A stretch of 40,266 bases of DNA. Source: Tolypothrix carrinoi HA7290-LM1. Lineage in GTDB: Bacteria; Cyanobacteriota; Cyanobacteriia; Cyanobacteriales; Nostocaceae. Below the pieces are notes generated by a model that saw only the letters and a list, made by a program, of their open reading frames with translations, did not search any database and was not told the DNA's origin. Shown in pieces: positions 38,247 through 40,266 of this stretch; the stretch's first letter is position 1, and each line of letters opens with the position of its first letter. The stretch is taken from the NCBI GenBank assembly GCA_019358935.1, contig JAHHIK010000080.1, forward strand, positions 1-40,266. The letters run 5' to 3'. A program made the position numbers and the translations under genes.

Positions 38247-39539
38247 GTGAATAACATCAACCAGCTTCTGGAAAAAGCGCGGGCAGCACATGATGCAGGT
38301 GATTGGTCACGAGTCTTGCAATGCCTGCAATTGATTCTGGGAGAAAATGCCAAAGACCCAGAAATAGTTAAAAATCAAGCATATTTGCTGGAATTAGCAC
38401 TCTCAATTCTAGAAATGGGGGATTTTCAGCAACGCTGGGAAATTGCTAAGGTGTTTGTCCGTTTGGGAAATGTTGCTATAACCCCGTTGATTGACATCCT
38501 CCAAGATGAAGATGCATCAGAATTGCGGTGGTATGCAGTTCGGATTTTAGGCGATCTGAAAAATCCCAAAGCGATCGCCTCTTTGGTAGAATTTCTCCAA
38601 ACCACTGACGATGAAGAACTCAAAGCGATCGCCGCTGCTGCATTAGGACAAATTGGACAAAGTGCGATTACTGCTTTATCAGAACTTTTAGCGTCAGAAG
38701 ATACACGAGTTTTGGCAGTGCGATCGCTTTCTTACATCCGCCAACCAGAAATTATTACACCTCTATTAAGTGTGGTGCAAGATCCGCTAGTTGAAATACG
38801 CGCTATAGCGATTGAAGCCCTCAGCAGCTTTCACGATTCCCGTATTCCACCGATTCTTTTAAACGCTTTAAATGATATCGCTGCTGCTGTCAGACGTGAA
38901 GCTGTGCTTGGGTTGAGTGTTCGCACTGACTTACATCAAGAATTAGATTTAGTGGCGAAACTGCAACCCAGACTTTATGACTTTAATCTCGAAGTTGCCC
39001 AAGCAGCGGCTATTGCACTTTCGCGCATCGGTAGTGATGAGGCTGCCAAACACTTATTTTTAGTGCTAACATCGCCTACGACACCAATAAAATTACAAGT
39101 TGAAATTATCCGCGCCCTGAGTTGGATGAAGACATCATCCAGTTTAGAATATCTCCAACAAGCATTTAATCAACTTTCATTAGAGACACTGTGGTTAGAA
39201 ATTGTCACAGTTTTAGGTCGAGTCAGCGATTCGACATTAACCGCTTCTTCGACAGAAATTTTGCTTTCAATAGTGCGATCGCAACATCCAGCAGTTGAGA
39301 TTGCCTCAATTAAAAGTGCGATCGCTTTATCTTTGGGACAATTAGGCAATATCGAGGCAATTGAACCGTTGATTTCTCTACTAGCAGATAATAATCAAGT
39401 TGTCAGACTCCACATCGTCGCTGCACTAAAAAATCTCGCACCAGAAACCGCTTATCAACAATTGCAACAATTATTAAATAATCCCACACTTACACCAGAT
39501 TTACGAAAAGGAATTACCGCAGCTTTGGCGGAATGGTAA
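38247..39539 (+). CDS. nirB: HEAT-repeat (PBS lyase-like) protein, NirB-like
   Basis: Repeated VR..A..ALG HEAT units; divergent from nirA as recalled for Anabaena nirB. GTG start chosen; TTG 38217 is an alternative. Confidence 0.75.
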   Translation: MNNINQLLEKARAAHDAGDWSRVLQCLQLILGENAKDPEIVKNQAYLLELALSILEMGDFQQRWEIAKVFVRLGNVAITPLIDILQDEDASELRWYAVRILGDLKNPKAIASLVEFLQTTDDEELKAIAAAALGQIGQSAITALSELLASEDTRVLAVRSLSYIRQPEIITPLLSVVQDPLVEIRAIAIEALSSFHDSRIPPILLNALNDIAAAVRREAVLGLSVRTDLHQELDLVAKLQPRLYDFNLEVAQAAAIALSRIGSDEAAKHLFLVLTSPTTPIKLQVEIIRALSWMKTSSSLEYLQQAFNQLSLETLWLEIVTVLGRVSDSTLTASSTEILLSIVRSQHPAVEIASIKSAIALSLGQLGNIEAIEPLISLLADNNQVVRLHIVAALKNLAPETAYQQLQQLLNNPTLTPDLRKGITAALAEW

Positions 39540-39544
39540 AGGAT

Positions 39545-39727
39545 ATTGGGCATGGGTAATGGGTAATGGGCAATGGGCAATGGGCAATGGGCAATGGGCA
39601 ATGGGCAATGGGAATAAAAAGAAGCGATCGCGTATTTCACTTGCCTACTTGGACGCTTGCCCCATGCCCCATGCCCCATGCCCCATGCCCCATGCCCAAT
39701 GCCCCATGCCCCATTACCCATTGCCCA
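39545..39727. repeat. Inverted STRR arrays (GGGCAAT)n / (CCCCATG)n around a HIP1-containing core
   Basis: Core at 39612-39640 is shared with 14528-14556. Confidence 0.9.
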
Positions 39728-39781
39728 TTTATCATCAACATGCCAAAATGTTGACGCGAAACTAATACATCGGTATTTAGT

Positions 39782-40135
39782 GTGTTTAAATTTTTCACTA
39801 AACTTGACTACCTGCTAAAAGAGACTTTCCTCGGTTTGCTGCGGGGAGGTTGGATGAATTGGGCGGCGGTAAGTACTGTTACCGTGTTACTATTTTTATT
39901 CGGGTTGAGTCTGCAAAGTTCTTGGCAATTAGAAAAGCTGCTTAACCAATTTGGTAGCCAGCTAGAAGTATCAGTTTACCTGAATGCGGGTACGCGCTTG
40001 GAAGCGATCGCTCCAATAGTAGAGAATTTACCTGAAGTCGCGGCGATGCAAACTATCACCAAAGAGCAAGCTTGGAATAAACTAGTTAAGGAACTAGGAA
40101 TTTCTGATATTGAAGGTGCTACCCAGCAGTTAGGG
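39782..40135 (+). pseudogene. ftsX: FtsX-like permease, 5' part, interrupted
   Basis: YLLKETFLGLLRGGWMNWAAVSTV..TM..QLEVSVYL..ITKEQAW. FtsX-like sequence ends after QQLG and a stop follows at 40145-40147; the family is about 300 aa. Confidence 0.75.
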
Positions 40136-40266
40136 ATACACAAGTAACGTAGTTAACCGAGGTCAAACAGCGTCAATTGCTCATAGTTCGCTCTCTGATT
40201 GACCTTACTCGTTCGTTTTCTTTTAGGTTCTAGAGTCTTGGGTTTATCCGTACCCGTTATCGCTTC

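Overview
Chromosomal segment of a heterocyst-forming cyanobacterium (Nostocales-like), judged from dense HIP1 GCGATCGC sites, heptamer STRR arrays and an Asr1734/Npun_R1517-family gene. Left to right: 3' part of recJ; two tandem Uma2 genes; an inverted pair of 21-bp tandem arrays; a CHAT protease-STAND NTPase-TPR gene with a small EACC1/Pepco-like gene upstream (candidate NLR-like protease defence module); ydcF-like, ctpB, GT2, ycf29, asr1734-like, ndhM and a phytase-like esterase; a phospho-signalling/proteolysis cluster (PrpJ-like PP2C, HetF-like CHAT-FHA, PatU3-like protein, FHA-PrsW) interrupted by an IS607 element with a pro-Fanzor-type TnpB; then the nitrate assimilation region (pfpI, narM, psiE-like, narB, nrtP, nirA, nirB). 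That region carries a psiE'::'narB chimeric scar and an inserted LuxR/DUF6220/sulfurtransferase block. A protein-free HEARO/omegaRNA mini-element sits exactly at the LuxR start codon. The window ends in an interrupted ftsX. All family assignments come from motif recognition and recalled family knowledge; no database searches were run.
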